Assembly: GCA_002269645.1 (NCBI GenBank)
Contig: NIVC01001377.1
Location: 124,001 to 188,000 of the forward strand
Direction: 5' to 3'
Source: Macrostomum lignano
Taxonomy: Eukaryota
Length of the DNA stretch: 64,000 nt
The notes under the pieces are model-generated. The model saw only the letters and a list, made by a program, of their open reading frames with translations, did no database searches and had not been told where the DNA came from. Of this stretch, positions 25,201 through 40,200 are shown one piece after another; positions within the stretch are counted from its first letter, which is position 1; each line of letters opens with the position of its first letter. A program made the position numbers and the translations under genes.

Positions 25201-28200
25201 GATTTGGCAGCTTCGATGCAGCAGCGATCTCTGTTTGCTTGGTCAGCGACTTGTGACACGAGAAACTTGACGACTTCTGAGTGACCATTTGTTGCAGCAG
25301 ATTCGGCAGCTTTGATGCAGCAGCGATCTCTGTTTGCTTGGTCAGCGACTTGTGACACGAGAAACTTGACGACTTTCCAATGACCATAAAATACAGCAAG
25401 TTTGGCAGCGTCGATGCAGCACTGTTCTCTGTTTGCCTGGTCAGCGACTTCTGGCACGAGAAACTTGACGACTTCCCACTCACAAAATCTTGCAGCAGAT
25501 TCGGCAGCGTCGATGCAGCAGCGATCTCTGTTTGCTTGGTCAGGGACTTGTGACACGAGAAACTTGACGACTTCCCACTCACGATTTCTTGCAGCAGATT
25601 CGGCAGCGTCGATGCAGCAGCGATCTCTGTTTGCTTGGTCAGCGACTTGTGGCACGATAAACTTGACGACTTCTAAGTGACCATTTCTTGCAGCAGGTTC
25701 GGCAGCCTCGACACAGCAGCGATCTCTGTTTGCTTGGTCAGCGACTTGTGACACGAGAAACTTGACGACTTCTGAGTGACCATTTGTTGCAGCAGATTCG
25801 GAAGCGTCGATGCAGCAGCGATCTTTATTTGCATGGTCAGTGACTTGTGACACAAGAAACTTGACAACTTCTAAGTGACCATTTCTTGCAGAAGGTTCGG
25901 CAGCGTCGATGCAGCAGCGATCTCTGTTTGCTTGGTCAGCGACTTGTGACACGGGAAACTTGACGACTTCTAAGTGACCATTTCTTGCAGCAGGTTCGGC
26001 AGCCTCGACGCAGCAGCGATCTCTGTTTGCTTGGTCAGCGACTTGTGACACGAGAAACTTGACGACTTCTAAGTGACCATTTCTTGCAGCAGGTTCGGCA
26101 GCCTCGACGCAGCAGCGATCTCTGTTTGCTTGGTCAGCGACTTGTGACACGAGAAACTTGACGACTTCTAACTGACCATTTCTTGCAGCAGGTTCGGCAA
26201 CCTCGACGCAGCAGCGATCTCTGTTTGCTTGGTCAGCGACTTGTGACACGAGAAACTTGACGACTTCCCACTCACAAAATCTTGCAGCAGATTCGGCAGC
26301 TTTGATGCAGCAGCGATCTCTGTTTGCTTGGTCAGCGACTTGTGACACGATAAACTTGACGACTTCCCACTCACGATTTCTTGCAGCAGATTCGGCAGCG
26401 TCGATGCAGCAGCGATCTCTGTTTGCTTGGTCAGCGACTTGTGACACGAGAAACTTGACGACTTCTAAGTGACCATTTCTTGCAGCAGGTTCGGCAGCCT
26501 CGACGCAGCAGCGATCTCTGTTTGCTTGGTCAGTGACTTGTGACACGAGAAACTTGACGACTTCTAAGTGACCATTTCTTGCAGCAGGTTCGGCAGCCTC
26601 GACGCAGCAGCGATCTCTGTTTGCTTGGTCAGCGACTTGTGACACGAGAAACTTGACGACTTCCCACTCACAAAATCTTGCAGCAGATTCGGCAGCTTTG
26701 ATGCAGCAGCGATCTCTGTTTGCTTGGTCAGCGACTTGTGACACGAGAAACTTGACGATTTCTGAGTGACCATTTGTTGCAGCAGATTCGGCAGCGTCGA
26801 TGCAGCAGCGATCTCTGTTTGCTTGGTCAGCGACTTGTGACACGAGAAACTTGACGACTTCTAAGTGACCACTTCTTGCAGTAGATTCGGCAGCTTTGAT
26901 GCAGCAGCGATCTCTGTTTGCTTGGTCAGCGACTTGTGACACGAGAAACTTGATGATTTCTGAGTGACCATTTCTTGCAGCACGTTCGGCAGCCTCGACG
27001 CAACAGCGATCTCTGTTTGCTTGGTCAGCGACTTGTGGCACGAGAAACTTGACGAGTTCCCACTCACAACTTCTTGCAGCAGATTTGGCAGCGTCGATGC
27101 AGCAGCTATCTCTGTTTGCTTGGTCAGCGACTTGTGGCACGAGAAACTTGACGACTTCCCACTGATCATTTTCTACAGCAGATTTGGCAGCGTCGATGCA
27201 GCAGCGATCTCTGTTTGCTTGGTCAGCGACTTGTGGCACGAGAAACTTGACGACTTTTAAGTGACCATTTCTTGCAGCACTTTCGGCAGCCTCGACGCAA
27301 CAGCGATCTCTGTTTGCTTGGTCAGCGACTTGTGGCACGAGAAACTTGACGAGTTCCCACTCACAACTTCTTGCAGCAGATTTGGCAGCGTCGATGCAGC
27401 AGCGATCTCTGTTTGCTTGGTCAGCGACTTGTGGCACGAGAAACTTGACGACTTCCCACTGACCATTTTCTACAGCAGATTTGGCAGCGTCGATGCAGCA
27501 GCGATCTCTGTTTGCTTGGTCAGCGACTTGTGACACGAGAAACTTAACGACTTTCCGCTGACGATATCTTGCAGCAGGTTCGGCAGCCTTGACGCAACAG
27601 CGATCTCTGTTTGCTTGGTCAGCGACTTGTGACACGAGAAACTTGACGACTTCTAAGTGACCATTTCCTGCAGCAGGTTCGGCAGCCTCGACGCAACAGC
27701 GATCTCTGTTTGCTTGGTCAGCGACTTGTGACACGAGAAACTTGACGACTTTCCGCCGACGATATCTTGCAGCAGGTTTTGCAGCCTCGACGCAGCAGCG
27801 ATCTCTGTTTGCTTGGTCAGCGACTTGTGACACGAGAAACTTGACGACTTCTAAGTGACCATTTGTTGCAGCAGATTCGGCAGCTTTGATGCAGCAGCGA
27901 TCTCTGTTTGCTTGGTCAGCGACTTGTGGCACGAGAAACTTGACGACTTCTAAGTGACCATTTCTTGCAGCAGGTTCGGCAGCCTCGGCGCAGCAGCGAT
28001 CTCTGTTTGCTTGGTCAGCGACTTGTGACACAAGAAACTTGACGACTTCTAAGTGACCATTTCTTGCAGCAGGTTCGGCAGCCTCGACGCAGCAGCGATC
28101 TCTGTTTGCTTGGTCAGCGACTTGTGGCACGAGAAACTTGACGACTTCCCACTCACGATTTCTTGCAGCAGATTCGGCAGCGTCGATGCAGCAGCGATCT

Positions 28201-31200
28201 CTGTTTGCTTGGTCAGCGACTTGTGGCACGATAAACTTGACGACTTCCCACTCACGATTTCTTGCAGCAGATTCGGCAGCGTCGATGCAGCAGCGATCTC
28301 TGTTTGCTTGGTCAGCGACTTGTGACACGAGAAACTTGACGACTTTCCGCTGACGATATCTTGCAGCAGGTTCATCAGCCTTGACGCAGCAGCGATCTCT
28401 GTTTGCTTGGTCAGCGACTTGTGACACGAGAAACTTGACGACTTCCCACTCACAAAATCTTGCAGCAGATTCGGCAGCGTCGATGCAGCAGCGATCTCTG
28501 TTTGCTTGGTCAGCGACTTGTGGCACGAGAAACTTGACGAGTTCTGAGTGACCATTTGTTGCAGCAGATTCGGCAGCTTTGATGCAGCAGCGATCTCTGT
28601 TTGCTTGGTCAGCGACTTGTGGCACGAGAAACTTGACGACTTTTAAGTGACCATTTGTTGCAGCAGATTCGGCAGCTTTGATGCAGCAGCGATCTCTGTT
28701 TGCTTGGTCAGCGACTTGTGGCACGAGAAACTTGACGACTTCTAAGTGACCATTTCTTGCAGCAGGTTCGGCAGCCTCGGCGCAGCAGCGATCTCTGTTT
28801 GCTTGGTCAGCGACTTGTGACACAAGAAACTTGACGACTTCTAAGTGACCATTTCTTGCAGCAGGTTCGGCAGCCTCGACGCAGCAGCGATCTCTGTTTG
28901 CTTGGTCAGCGACTTGTGGCACGAGAAACTTGACGACTTCCCACTCACGATTTCTTGCAGCAGATTCGGCAGCGTCGATGCAGCAGCGATCTCTGTTTGC
29001 TTGGTCAGCGACTTGTGGCACGATAAACTTGACGACTTCCCACTCACGATTTCTTGCAGCAGATTCGGCAGCGTCGATGCAGCAGCGATCTCTGTTTGCT
29101 TGGTCAGCGACTTGTGACACGAGAAACTTGACGACTTTCCGCTGACGATATCTTGCAGCAGGTTCATCAGCCTTGACGCAGCAGCGATCTCTGTTTGCTT
29201 GGTCAGCGACTTGTGACACGAGAAACTTGACGACTTCCCACTCACAAAATCTTGCAGCAGATTCGGCAGCGTCGATGCAGCAGCGATCTCTGTTTGCTTG
29301 GTCAGCGACTTGTGGCACGAGAAACTTGACGAGTTCTGAGTGACCATTTGTTGCAGCAGATTCGGCAGCTTTGATGCAGCAGCGATCTCTGTTTGCTTGG
29401 TCAGCGACTTGTGGCACGAGAAACTTGACGACTTTTAAGTGACCATTTGTTGCAGCAGATTCGGCAGCTTTGATGCAGCAGCGATCTCTGTTTGCTTGGT
29501 CAGCGACTTGTGATACGAGAAACTTGACGCTTCCCACTGACCATTTCTTGCAGTAGATTCGGCAGCTTTGATGCAGCAGCGATCTCTGTTTGCTTGGTCA
29601 GCGACTTGTGACACGAGAAACTTGACGATTTCTGAGTGACCATTTGTTGCAGCAGATTCGGCAGCGTCGATGCAGCAGCGATCTCTGTTTGCTTGGTCAG
29701 CGACTTGTGGCACGAGAAACTTGACGACTTCTAAGTGACCATTTCTTGCAGCACGTTCGGCAGCCTCGACGCAACAGCGATCTCTGTTTGTTTGGTCAGC
29801 GACTTGTGGCACGTGAAACTTGACGAGTTCCCACTCAAGACTTCTTGCAGCAGATTCGGCAGCGTCGATGCAGCAGCGATCTCTGTTTGCTTGGTCAGCG
29901 ACTTGTGGCACGAGAAACTTGACGACTTTTAAGTGACCATTTCTTGCAGCAGATTTGGCAGCTTCGATGCAGCAGCGATTTCTGTTTGCTGGGTCAGCGA
30001 CTTGTGACACGAGAAAATTGACGACTTCTAAGTGACCATTTCTTGCAGCAGATTCGGCAGCTAAGATGCAGCAGCGATCTCTGTTTGCTTGGTCAGTGAC
30101 TTGTGACACGAGAAACTTGACGACTTCTAAGTGACCATTTCTTGCAGCAGGTTCGGCAGCCTCGACGCAGCAGCGATCTCTGTTTGCTTGGTCAGCGACT
30201 TGTGACACGAGAAACTTGACGACTTCCCACTCACAAAATCTTGCAGCAGATTCGGCAGCTTTGATGCAGCAGCGATCTCTGTTTGCTTGGTCAGCGACTT
30301 GTGACACGAGAAACTTGACGACTTTCCGCTGACGATATCTTGCAGCAGGTTCGGCAGCCTTGACGCAGCAGCGATCTCTGTTTGCTTGGTCAGCGACTTG
30401 TGACACGAGAAACTTGACGACTTCCCACTCACAAAATCTTGCAGCAGATTCGGCAGCGTCGATGCAGCAGCGATCTCTGTTTGCTTGGTCAGCGACTTGT
30501 GGCACGAGAAACTTGACGAGTTCTGAGTGACCATTTGTTGCAGCAGATTCGGCAGCTTTGATGCAGCAGCGATCTCTGTTTGCTTGGTCAGCGACTTGTG
30601 GCACGAGAAACTTGACGACTTTTAAGTGACCATTTGTTGCAGCAGATTCGGCAGCTTTGATGCAGCAGCGATCTCTGTTTGCTTGGTCAGCGACTTGTGG
30701 CACGAGAAACTTGACGACTTTTAAGTGACCATTTCTTGCAGCAGATTTGGCAGCTTCGATGCAGCAGCGATCTCTGTTTGCTTGGTCAGCGACTTGTGAC
30801 ACGAGAAACTTGACGACTTCTGAGTGACCATTTGTTGCAGCAGATTCGGCAGCTTTGATGCAGCAGCGATCTCTGTTTGCTTGGTCAGCGACTTGTGACA
30901 CGAGAAACTTGACGACTTTCCAATGACCATAAAATACAGCAAGTTTGGCAGCGTCGATGCAGCACTGTTCTCTGTTTGCCTGGTCAGCGACTTCTGGCAC
31001 GAGAAACTTGACGACTTCCCACTCACAACTTCTTGCAGCAGATTTGGCAGCGTCGATGCAGCAGCTATCTCTGTTTGCTTGGTCAGCGACTTGTGGCACG
31101 AGAAACTTGACGACTTCCCACTGATCATTTTCTACAGCAGATTTGGCAGCGTCGATGCAGCAGCGATCTCTGTTTGCTTGGTCAGCGACTTGTGGCACGA

Positions 31201-34200
31201 GAAACTAGACGACTTTTAAGTGACCATTTCTTGCAGCACTTTCGGCAGCCTCGACGCAACAGCGATCTCTGTTTGCTTGGTCAGCGACTTGTGGCACGAG
31301 AAACTTGACGAGTTCCCACTCACAACTTCTTGCAGCAGATTTGGCAGCGTCGATGCAGCAGCGATCTCTGTTTGCTTGGTCAGCGACTTGTGGCACGAGA
31401 AACTTGACGACTTCCCACTGACCATTTTCTACAGCAGATTTGGCAGCGTCGATGCAGCAGCGATCTCTGTTTGCTTGGTCAGCGACTTGTGACACGAGAA
31501 ACTTACGACTTTCCGCTGACGATATCTTGCAGCAGGTTTGGCAGCCTTGACGCAACAGCGATCTCTGTTTGCTTGGTCAGCGACTTGTGACACGAGAAAC
31601 TTGACGACTTCTAAGTGACCATTTCCTGCAGCAGGTTCGGCAGCCTCGACGCAACAGCGATCTCTGTTTGCTTGGTCAGCGACTTGTGACACGAGAAACT
31701 TGACGACTTTCCGCCGACGATATCTTGCAGCAGGTTTTGCAGCCTCGACGCAGCAGCGATCTCTGTTTGCTTGGTCAGCGACTTGTGACACGAGAAACTT
31801 GACGACTTCTAAGTGACCATTTGTTGCAGCAGATTCAGCAGCTTTGATGCAGCAGCGATCTCTGTTTGCTTGGTCAGCGACTTGTGGCACGAGAAACTTG
31901 ACGACTTCTAAGTGACCATTTCTTGCAGCAGGTTCGGCAGCCTCGGCGCAGCAGCGATCTCTGTTTGCTTGGTCAGCGACTTGTGACACAAGAAACTTGA
32001 CGACTTCTAAGTGACCATTTCTTGCAGCAGGTTCGGCAGCCTCGACGCAGCAGCGATCTCTGTTTGCTTGGTCAGCGACTTGTGGCACGAGAAACTTGAC
32101 GACTTCCCACTCACGATTTCTTGCAGCAGATTCGGCAGCGTCGATGCAGCAGCGATCTCTGTTTGCTTGGTCAGCGACTTGTGGCACGATAAACTTGACG
32201 ACTTCCCACTCACGATTTCTTGCAGCAGATTCGGCAGCGTCGATGCAGCAGCGATCTCTGTTTGCTTGGTCAGCGACTTGTGACACGAGAAACTTGACGA
32301 CTTTCCGCTGACGATATCTTGCAGCAGGTTCATCAGCCTTGACGCAGCAGCGATCTCTGTTTGCTTGGTCAGCGACTTGTGACACGAGAAACTTGACGAC
32401 TTCCCACTCACAAAATCTTGCAGCAGATTCGGCAGCGTCGATGCAGCAGCGATCTCTGTTTGCTTGGTCAGCGACTTGTGGCACGAGAAACTTGACGAGT
32501 TCTGAGTGACCATTTGTTGCAGCAGATTCGGCAGCTTTGATGCAGCAGCGATCTCTGTTTGCTTGGTCAGCGACTTGTGGCACGAGAAACTTGACGACTT
32601 TTAAGTGACCATTTGTTGCAGCAGATTCGGCAGCTTTGATGCAGCAGCGATCTCTGTTTGCTTGGTCAGCGACTTGTGGCACGAGAAACTTGACGACTTC
32701 TAAGTGACCATTTCTTGCAGCAGGTTCGGCAGCCTCGGCGCAGCAGCGATCTCTGTTTGCTTGGTCAGCGACTTGTGACACAAGAAACTTGACGACTTCT
32801 AAGTGACCATTTCTTGCAGCAGGTTCGGCAGCCTCGACGCAGCAGCGATCTCTGTTTGCTTGGTCAGCGACTTGTGGCACGAGAAACTTGACGACTTCCC
32901 ACTCACGATTTCTTGCAGCAGATTCGGCAGCGTCGATGCAGCAGCGATCTCTGTTTGCTTGGTCAGCGACTTGTGGCACGATAAACTTGACGACTTCCCA
33001 CTCACGATTTCTTGCAGCAGATTCGGCAGCGTCGATGCAGCAGCGATCTCTGTTTGCTTGGTCAGCGACTTGTGACACGAGAAACTTGACGACTTTCCGC
33101 TGACGATATCTTGCAGCAGGTTCATCAGCCTTGACGCAGCAGCGATCTCTGTTTGCTTGGTCAGCGACTTGTGACACGAGAAACTTGACGACTTCCCACT
33201 CACAAAATCTTGCAGCAGATTCGGCAGCGTCGATGCAGCAGCGATCTCTGTTTGCTTGGTCAGCGACTTGTGGCACGAGAAACTTGACGAGTTCTGAGTG
33301 ACCATTTGTTGCAGCAGATTCGGCAGCTTTGATGCAGCAGCGATCTCTGTTTGCTTGGTCAGCGACTTGTGGCACGAGAAACTTGACGACTTTTAAGTGA
33401 CCATTTGTTGCAGCAGATTCGGCAGCTTTGATGCAGCAGCGATCTCTGTTTGCTTGGTCAGCGACTTGTGATACGAGAAACTTGACGCCTTCCCACTGAC
33501 CATTTCTTGCAGTAGATTCGGCAGCTTTGATGCAGCAGCGATCTCTGTTTGCTTGGTCAGCGACTTGTGACACGAGAAACTTGACGATTTCTGAGTGACC
33601 ATTTGTTGCAGCAGATTCGGCAGCGTCGATGCAGCAGCGATCTCTGTTTGCTTGGTCAGCGACTTGTGGCACGAGAAACTTGACGACTTCTAAGTGACCA
33701 TTTCTTGCAGCACGTTCGGCAGCCTCGACGCAACAGCGATCTCTGTTTGCTTGGTCAGCGACTTGTGGCACGTGAAACTTGACGAGTTCCCACTCAAGAC
33801 TTCTTGCAGCAGATTCGGCAGCGTCGATGCAGCAGCGATCTCTGTTTGCTTGGTCAGCGACTTGTGGCACGAGAAACTTGACGACTTTTAAGTGACCATT
33901 TCTTGCAGCAGATTTGGCAGCTTCGATGCAGCAGCGATTCTGTTTGCTGGTCAGCGACTTGTGACACGAGAAAATTGACGACTTCTAAGTGACCATTTCT
34001 TGCAGCAGATTCGGCAGCTAAGATGCAGCAGCGATCTCTGTTTGCTTGGTCAGTGACTTGTGACACGAGAAACTTGACGACTTCTAAGTGACCATTTCTT
34101 GCAGCAGGTTCGGCAGCCTCGACGCAGCAGCGATCTCTGTTTGCTTGGTCAGCGACTTGTGACACGAGAAACTTGACGACTTCCCACTCACAAAATCTTG

Positions 34201-37200
34201 CAGCAGATTCGGCAGCTTTGATGCAGCAGCGATCTCTGTTTGCTTGGTCAGCGACTTGTGACACGAGAAACTTGACGACTTTCCGCTGACGATATCTTGC
34301 AGCAGGTTCGGCAGCCTTGACGCAGCAGCGATCTCTGTTTGCTTGGTCAGCGACTTGTGACACGAGAAACTTGACGACTTCCCACTCACAAAATCTTGCA
34401 GCAGATTCGGCAGCGTCGATGCAGCAGCGATCTCTGTTTGCTTGGTCAGCGACTTGTGGCACGAGAAACTTGACGAGTTCTGAGTGACCATTTGTTGCAG
34501 CAGATTCGGCAGCTTTGATGCAGCAGCGATCTCTGTTTGCTTGGTCAGCGACTTGTGGCACGAGAAACTTGACGACTTTTAAGTGACCATTTGTTGCAGC
34601 AGATTCGGAGCTTTGATGCAGCAGCGATCTCTGTTTGCTTGGTCAGCGACTTGTGGCACGAGAAACTTGACGACTTTTAAGTGACCATTTCTTGCAGCAG
34701 ATTTGGCAGCTTCGATGCAGCAGCGATCTCTGTTTGCTTGGTCAGCGACTTGTGACACGAGAAACTTGACGACTTCTGAGTGACCATTTGTTGCAGCAGA
34801 TTCGGCAGCTTTGATGCAGCAGCGATCTCTGTTTGCTTGGTCAGCGACTTGTGACACGAGAAACTTGACGACTTTCCAATGACCATAAAATACAGCAAGT
34901 TTGGCAGCGTCGATGCAGCACGTTCTCTGTTTGCTGGTCAGCGACTTCTGGCACGAGAAACTTGACGACTTCCCACTCACAAAATCTTGCAGCAGATTCG
35001 GCAGCGTCGATGCAGCAGCGATCTCTGTTTGCTTGGTCAGCGACTTGTGACACGAGAAACTTGACGACTTCCCACTCACGATTTCTTGCAGCAGATTCGG
35101 CAGCGTCGATGCAGCAGCGATCTCTGTTTGCTTGGTCAGCGACTTGTGGCACGATAAACTTGACGACTTCTAAGTGACCATTTCTTGCAGCAGGTTCGGC
35201 AGCCTCGACACAGCAGCGATCTCTGTTTGCTTGGTCAGCGACTTGTGACACGAGAAACTTGACGACTTCTGAGTGACCATTTGTTGCAGCAGATTCGGAG
35301 CGTCGATGCAGCAGCGATCTTTTTTGCTGGTCAGTGACTTGTGACACAAGAAACTTGACGACTTCTAAGTGACCATTTCTTGCAGAAGGTTCGGCAGCGT
35401 CGATGCAGCAGCGATCTCTGTTTGCTTGGTCAGCGACTTGTGACACGGAAACTTGACGACTTCTAAGTGACCATTTCTTGCAGCAGGTTCGGCAGCCTCG
35501 ACGCAGCAGCGATCTCTGTTTGCTTGGTCAGCGACTTGTGACACGAGAAACTTGACGACTTCTAAGTGACCATTTCTTGCAGCAGGTTCGGCAGCCTCGA
35601 CGCAGCAGCGATCTCTGTTTGCTTGGTCAGCGACTTGTGACACGAGAAACTTGACGACTTCTAACTGACCATTTCTTGCAGCAGGTTCGGCAGCCTCGAC
35701 GCAGCAGCGATCTCTGTTTGCTTGGTCAGCGACTTGTGACACGAGAAACTTGACGACTTCCCACTCACAAAATCTTGCAGCAGATTCGGCAGCTTTGATG
35801 CAGCAGCGATCTCTGTTTGCTTGGTCAGCGACTTGTGACACGAGAAACTTGACGACTTCCCACTCACGATTTCTTGCAGCAGATTCGGCAGCGTCGATGC
35901 AGCAGCGATCTCTGTTTGCTTGGTCAGCGACTTGTGACACGAGAAACTTGACGACTTCTAAGTGACCATTTCTTGCAGCAGGTTCGGCAGCCTCGACGCA
36001 GCAGCGATCTCTGTTTGCTTGGTCAGCGACTTGTGACACGAGAAACTTGACGACTTCTAAGTGACCATTTCTTGCAGCAGGTTCGGCAGCCTCGACGCAG
36101 CAGCGATCTCTGTTTGCTTGGTCAGCGACTTGTGACACGAGAAACTTGACGACTTCCCACTCACAAAATCTTGCAGCAGATTCGGCAGCTTTGATGCAGC
36201 AGCGATCTCTGTTTGCTTGGTCAGCGACTTGTGACACGAGAAACTTGACGATTTCTGAGTGACCATTTGTTGCAGCAGATTCGGCAGCGTCGATGCAGCA
36301 GCGATCTCTGTTTGCTTGGTCAGCGACTTGTGACACGAGAAACTTGACGACTTCTAAGTGACCACTTCTTGCAGTAGATTCGGCAGCTTTGATGCAGCAG
36401 CGATCTCTGTTTGCTTGGTCAGCGACTTGTGACACGAGAAACTTGACGACTTCTAAGTGACCACTTCTTGCAGTAGATTCGGCAGCTTTGATGCAGCAGC
36501 GATCTCTGTTTGCTTGGTCAGCGACTTGTGACACGAGAAACTTGACGATTTCTGAGTGACCATTTCTTGCAGCAGTTCGGCAGCCTTGACGCAACAGCGA
36601 TCTCTGTTTGCTTGGTCAGCGACTTGTGACACGAGAAACTTGACGACTTCTAAGTGACCATTTCTTGCAGCAGGTTCGGCAGCCTCGACGCAGCAGCGAT
36701 CTCTGTTTGCTTGGTCAGCGACTTGTGACACGAGAAACTTGACGACTTTCCGCTGACGATATCTTGCAGCAGGTTCGCAGCCTCGACGCAGCAGCGATCT
36801 CTGTTTGCTTGGTCAGCGACTTGTGACACGAGAAACTTGACGACTTCTAAGTGACCATTTGTTGCAGCAGATTCGCAGCTTTGATGCAGCAGCGATCTCT
36901 GTTTGCTTGGTCAGCGACTTGTGGCACGAGAAACTTGACGACTTCTAAGTGACCATTTCTTGCAGCAGGTTCGGCAGCCTCGGCGCAGCAGCGATCTCTG
37001 TTTGCTTGGTCAGCGACTTGTGACACAAGAAACTTGACGACTTCTAAGTGACCATTTCTTGCAGCAGGTTCGGCAGCCTCGACGCAGCAGCGATCTCTGT
37101 TTGCTTGGTCAGCGACTTGTGGCACGAGAAACTTGACGACTTCCCACTCACGATTTCTTGCAGCAGATTCGGCAGCGTCGATGCAGCAGCGATCTCTGTT

Positions 37201-40200
37201 TGCTTGGTCAGCGACTTGTGGCACGATAAACTTGACGACTTCCCACTCACGATTTCTTGCAGCAGATTCGGCAGCGTCGATGAGCAGCGATCTCTGTTTG
37301 CTTGGTCAGCGACTTGTGACACGAGAAACTTGACGACTTTCCGCTGACGATATCTTGCAGCAGGTTCATCAGCCTTGACGCAGCAGCGATCTCTGTTTGC
37401 TTGGTCAGCGACTTGTGACACGAGAAACTTGACGACTTCCCACTCACATCTTGCAGCAGATTCGGCAGCGTCGATGCAGCAGCGATCTCTGTTTGCTTGG
37501 TCAGCGACTTGTGGCACGAGAAACTTGACGAGTTCTGAGTGACCATTTGTTGCAGCAGATTCGGCAGCTTTGATGCAGCAGCGATCTCTGTTTGCTTGGT
37601 CAGCGACTTGTGGCACGAGAAACTTGACGACTTCTAAGTGACCATTTCTTGCAACACTTTCGGCAGCCTCGACGCAGCAGCGATCTCTGTTTGCTTGGTC
37701 AGCGACTTGTGGCACGAGAAACTTGACGACTTCCCACTCACGATTTTTTGCAGCAGATTCGGCAGCGTCGATGCAGCAGCGATCTCTGTTTGCTTGGTCA
37801 GCGACTTGTGACACGAGAAACTTGACGACTTTCCGCTGACGATAACTTGCAGCAGGTTCGGCAGCCTTGACGCAGCAGCGATCTCTGTTTGCTTGGTCAG
37901 CGACTTGTGACACGAGAAACTTGACGACTTCCCACTCACAAAATCTTGCAGCAGATTCGGCAGCGTCGATGCAGCAGCGATCTCTGTTTGCTTGGTCAGC
38001 GACTTGTGGCACGAGAAACTTGACGACTTCTGAGTGACCATTTGTTGCAGCAGATTCGGCAGCTTTGATGCAGCAGCGATCTCTGTTTGCTTGGTCAGCG
38101 ACTTGTGGCACGAGAAACTTGACGACTTTTAAGTGACCATTTGTTGCAGCAGATTCGGCAGCTTTGATGCAGCAGCGATCTCTGTTTGCTTGGTCAGCGA
38201 CTTGTGATACGAGAAACTTGACGCCTTCCCACTGACCATTTCTTGCAGTAGATTCGGCAGCTTTGATGCAGCAGCGATCTCTGTTTGCTTGGTCAGCGAC
38301 TTGTGACACGAGAAACTTGACGACTTTTAAGTGACCATTTGTTGCAGCAGATTCGGCAGCTTTGATGCAGCAGCGATCTCTGTTTGCTTGGTCAGCGACT
38401 TGTGGCACGAGAAACTTGACGACTTTTAAGTGACCATTTCTTGCAGCAGATTTGGCAGCTTCGATGCAGCAGCGATCTCTGTTTGCTTGGTCAGCGACTT
38501 GTGACACGAGAAACTTGACGACTTCTGAGTGACCATTTGTTGCAGCAGATTCGGCAGCTTTGATGCAGCAGCGATCTCTGTTTGCTTGGTCAGCGACTTG
38601 TGACACGAGAAACTTGACGACTTTCCAATGACCATAAAATACAGCAAGTTTGGCAGCGTCGATGCAGCACTGTTCTCTGTTTGCTGGTCAGCGACTTCTG
38701 GCACGAGAAACTTGACGACTTCCCACTCACAAAATCTTGCAGCAGATTCGGCAGCGTCGATGCAGCAGCGATCTCTGTTTGCTTGGTCAGGACTTGTGAC
38801 ACGAGAAACTTGACGACTTCCCACTCACGATTTCTTGCAGCAGATTCGGCAGCGTCGATGCAGCAGCGATCTCTGTTTGCTTGGTCAGCGACTTGTGGCA
38901 CGATAAACTTGACGACTTCTAAGTGACCATTTCTTGCAGCAGGTTCGGCAGCCTCGACACAGCAGCGATCTCTGTTTGCTTGGTCAGCGACTTGTGACAC
39001 GAGAAACTTGACGACTTCTGAGTGACCATTTGTTGCAGCAGATTCGGAAGCGTCGATGCAGCAGCGATCTTTTTTGCTGGTCAGTGACTTGTGACACAGA
39101 AACTTGACAACTTCTAAGTGACCATTTCTTGCAGAAGGTTCGGCAGCGTCGATGCAGCAGCGATCTCTGTTTGCTTGGTCAGCGACTTGTGACACGGAAA
39201 CTTGACGACTTCTAAGTGACCATTTCTTGCAGCAGGTTCGGCAGCCTCGACGCAGCAGCGATCTCTGTTTGCTTGGTCAGCGACTTGTGACACGAGAAAC
39301 TTGACGACTTCTAAGTGACCATTTCTTGCAGCAGGTTCGGCAGCCTCGACGCAGCAGCGATCTCTGTTTGCTTGGCCAGCGACTTGTGACACGAGAAACT
39401 TGACGACTTCTAACTGACCATTTCTTGCAGCAGGTTCGGCAACCTCGACGCAGCAGCGATCTCTGTTTGCTTGGTCAGCGACTTGTGACACGAGAAACTT
39501 GACGACTTCCCACTCACAAAATCTTGCAGCAGATTCGGCAGCTTTGATGCAGCAGCGATCTCTGTTTGCTTGGTCAGCGACTTGTGACACGATAAACTTG
39601 ACGACTTCCCACTCACGATTTCTTGCAGCAGATTCGGCAGCGTCGATGCAGCAGCGATCTCTGTTTGCTTGGTCAGCGACTTGTGACACGAGAAACTTGA
39701 CGACTTCTAAGTGACCATTTCTTGCAGCAGGTTCGGCAGCCTCGACGCAGCAGCGATCTCTGTTTGCTTGGTCAGTGACTTGTGACACGAGAAACTTGAC
39801 GACTTCTAAGTGACCATTTCTTGCAGCAGGTTCGGCAGCCTCGACGCAGCAGCGATCTCTGTTTGCTTGGTCAGCGACTTGTGACACGAGAAACTTGACG
39901 ACTTCCCACTCACAAAATCTTGCAGCAGATTCGGCAGCTTTGATGCAGCAGCGATCTCTGTTTGCTTGGTCAGCGACTTGTGACACGAGAAACTTGACGA
40001 TTTCTGAGTGACCATTTGTTGCAGCAGATTCGGCAGCGTCGATGCAGCAGCGATCTCTGTTTGCTTGGTCAGCGACTTGTGACACGAGAAACTTGACGAC
40101 TTCTAAGTGACCACTTCTTGCAGTAGATTCGGCAGCTTTGATGCAGCAGCGATCTCTGTTTGCTTGGTCAGCGACTTGTGACACGAGAAACTTGACGACT

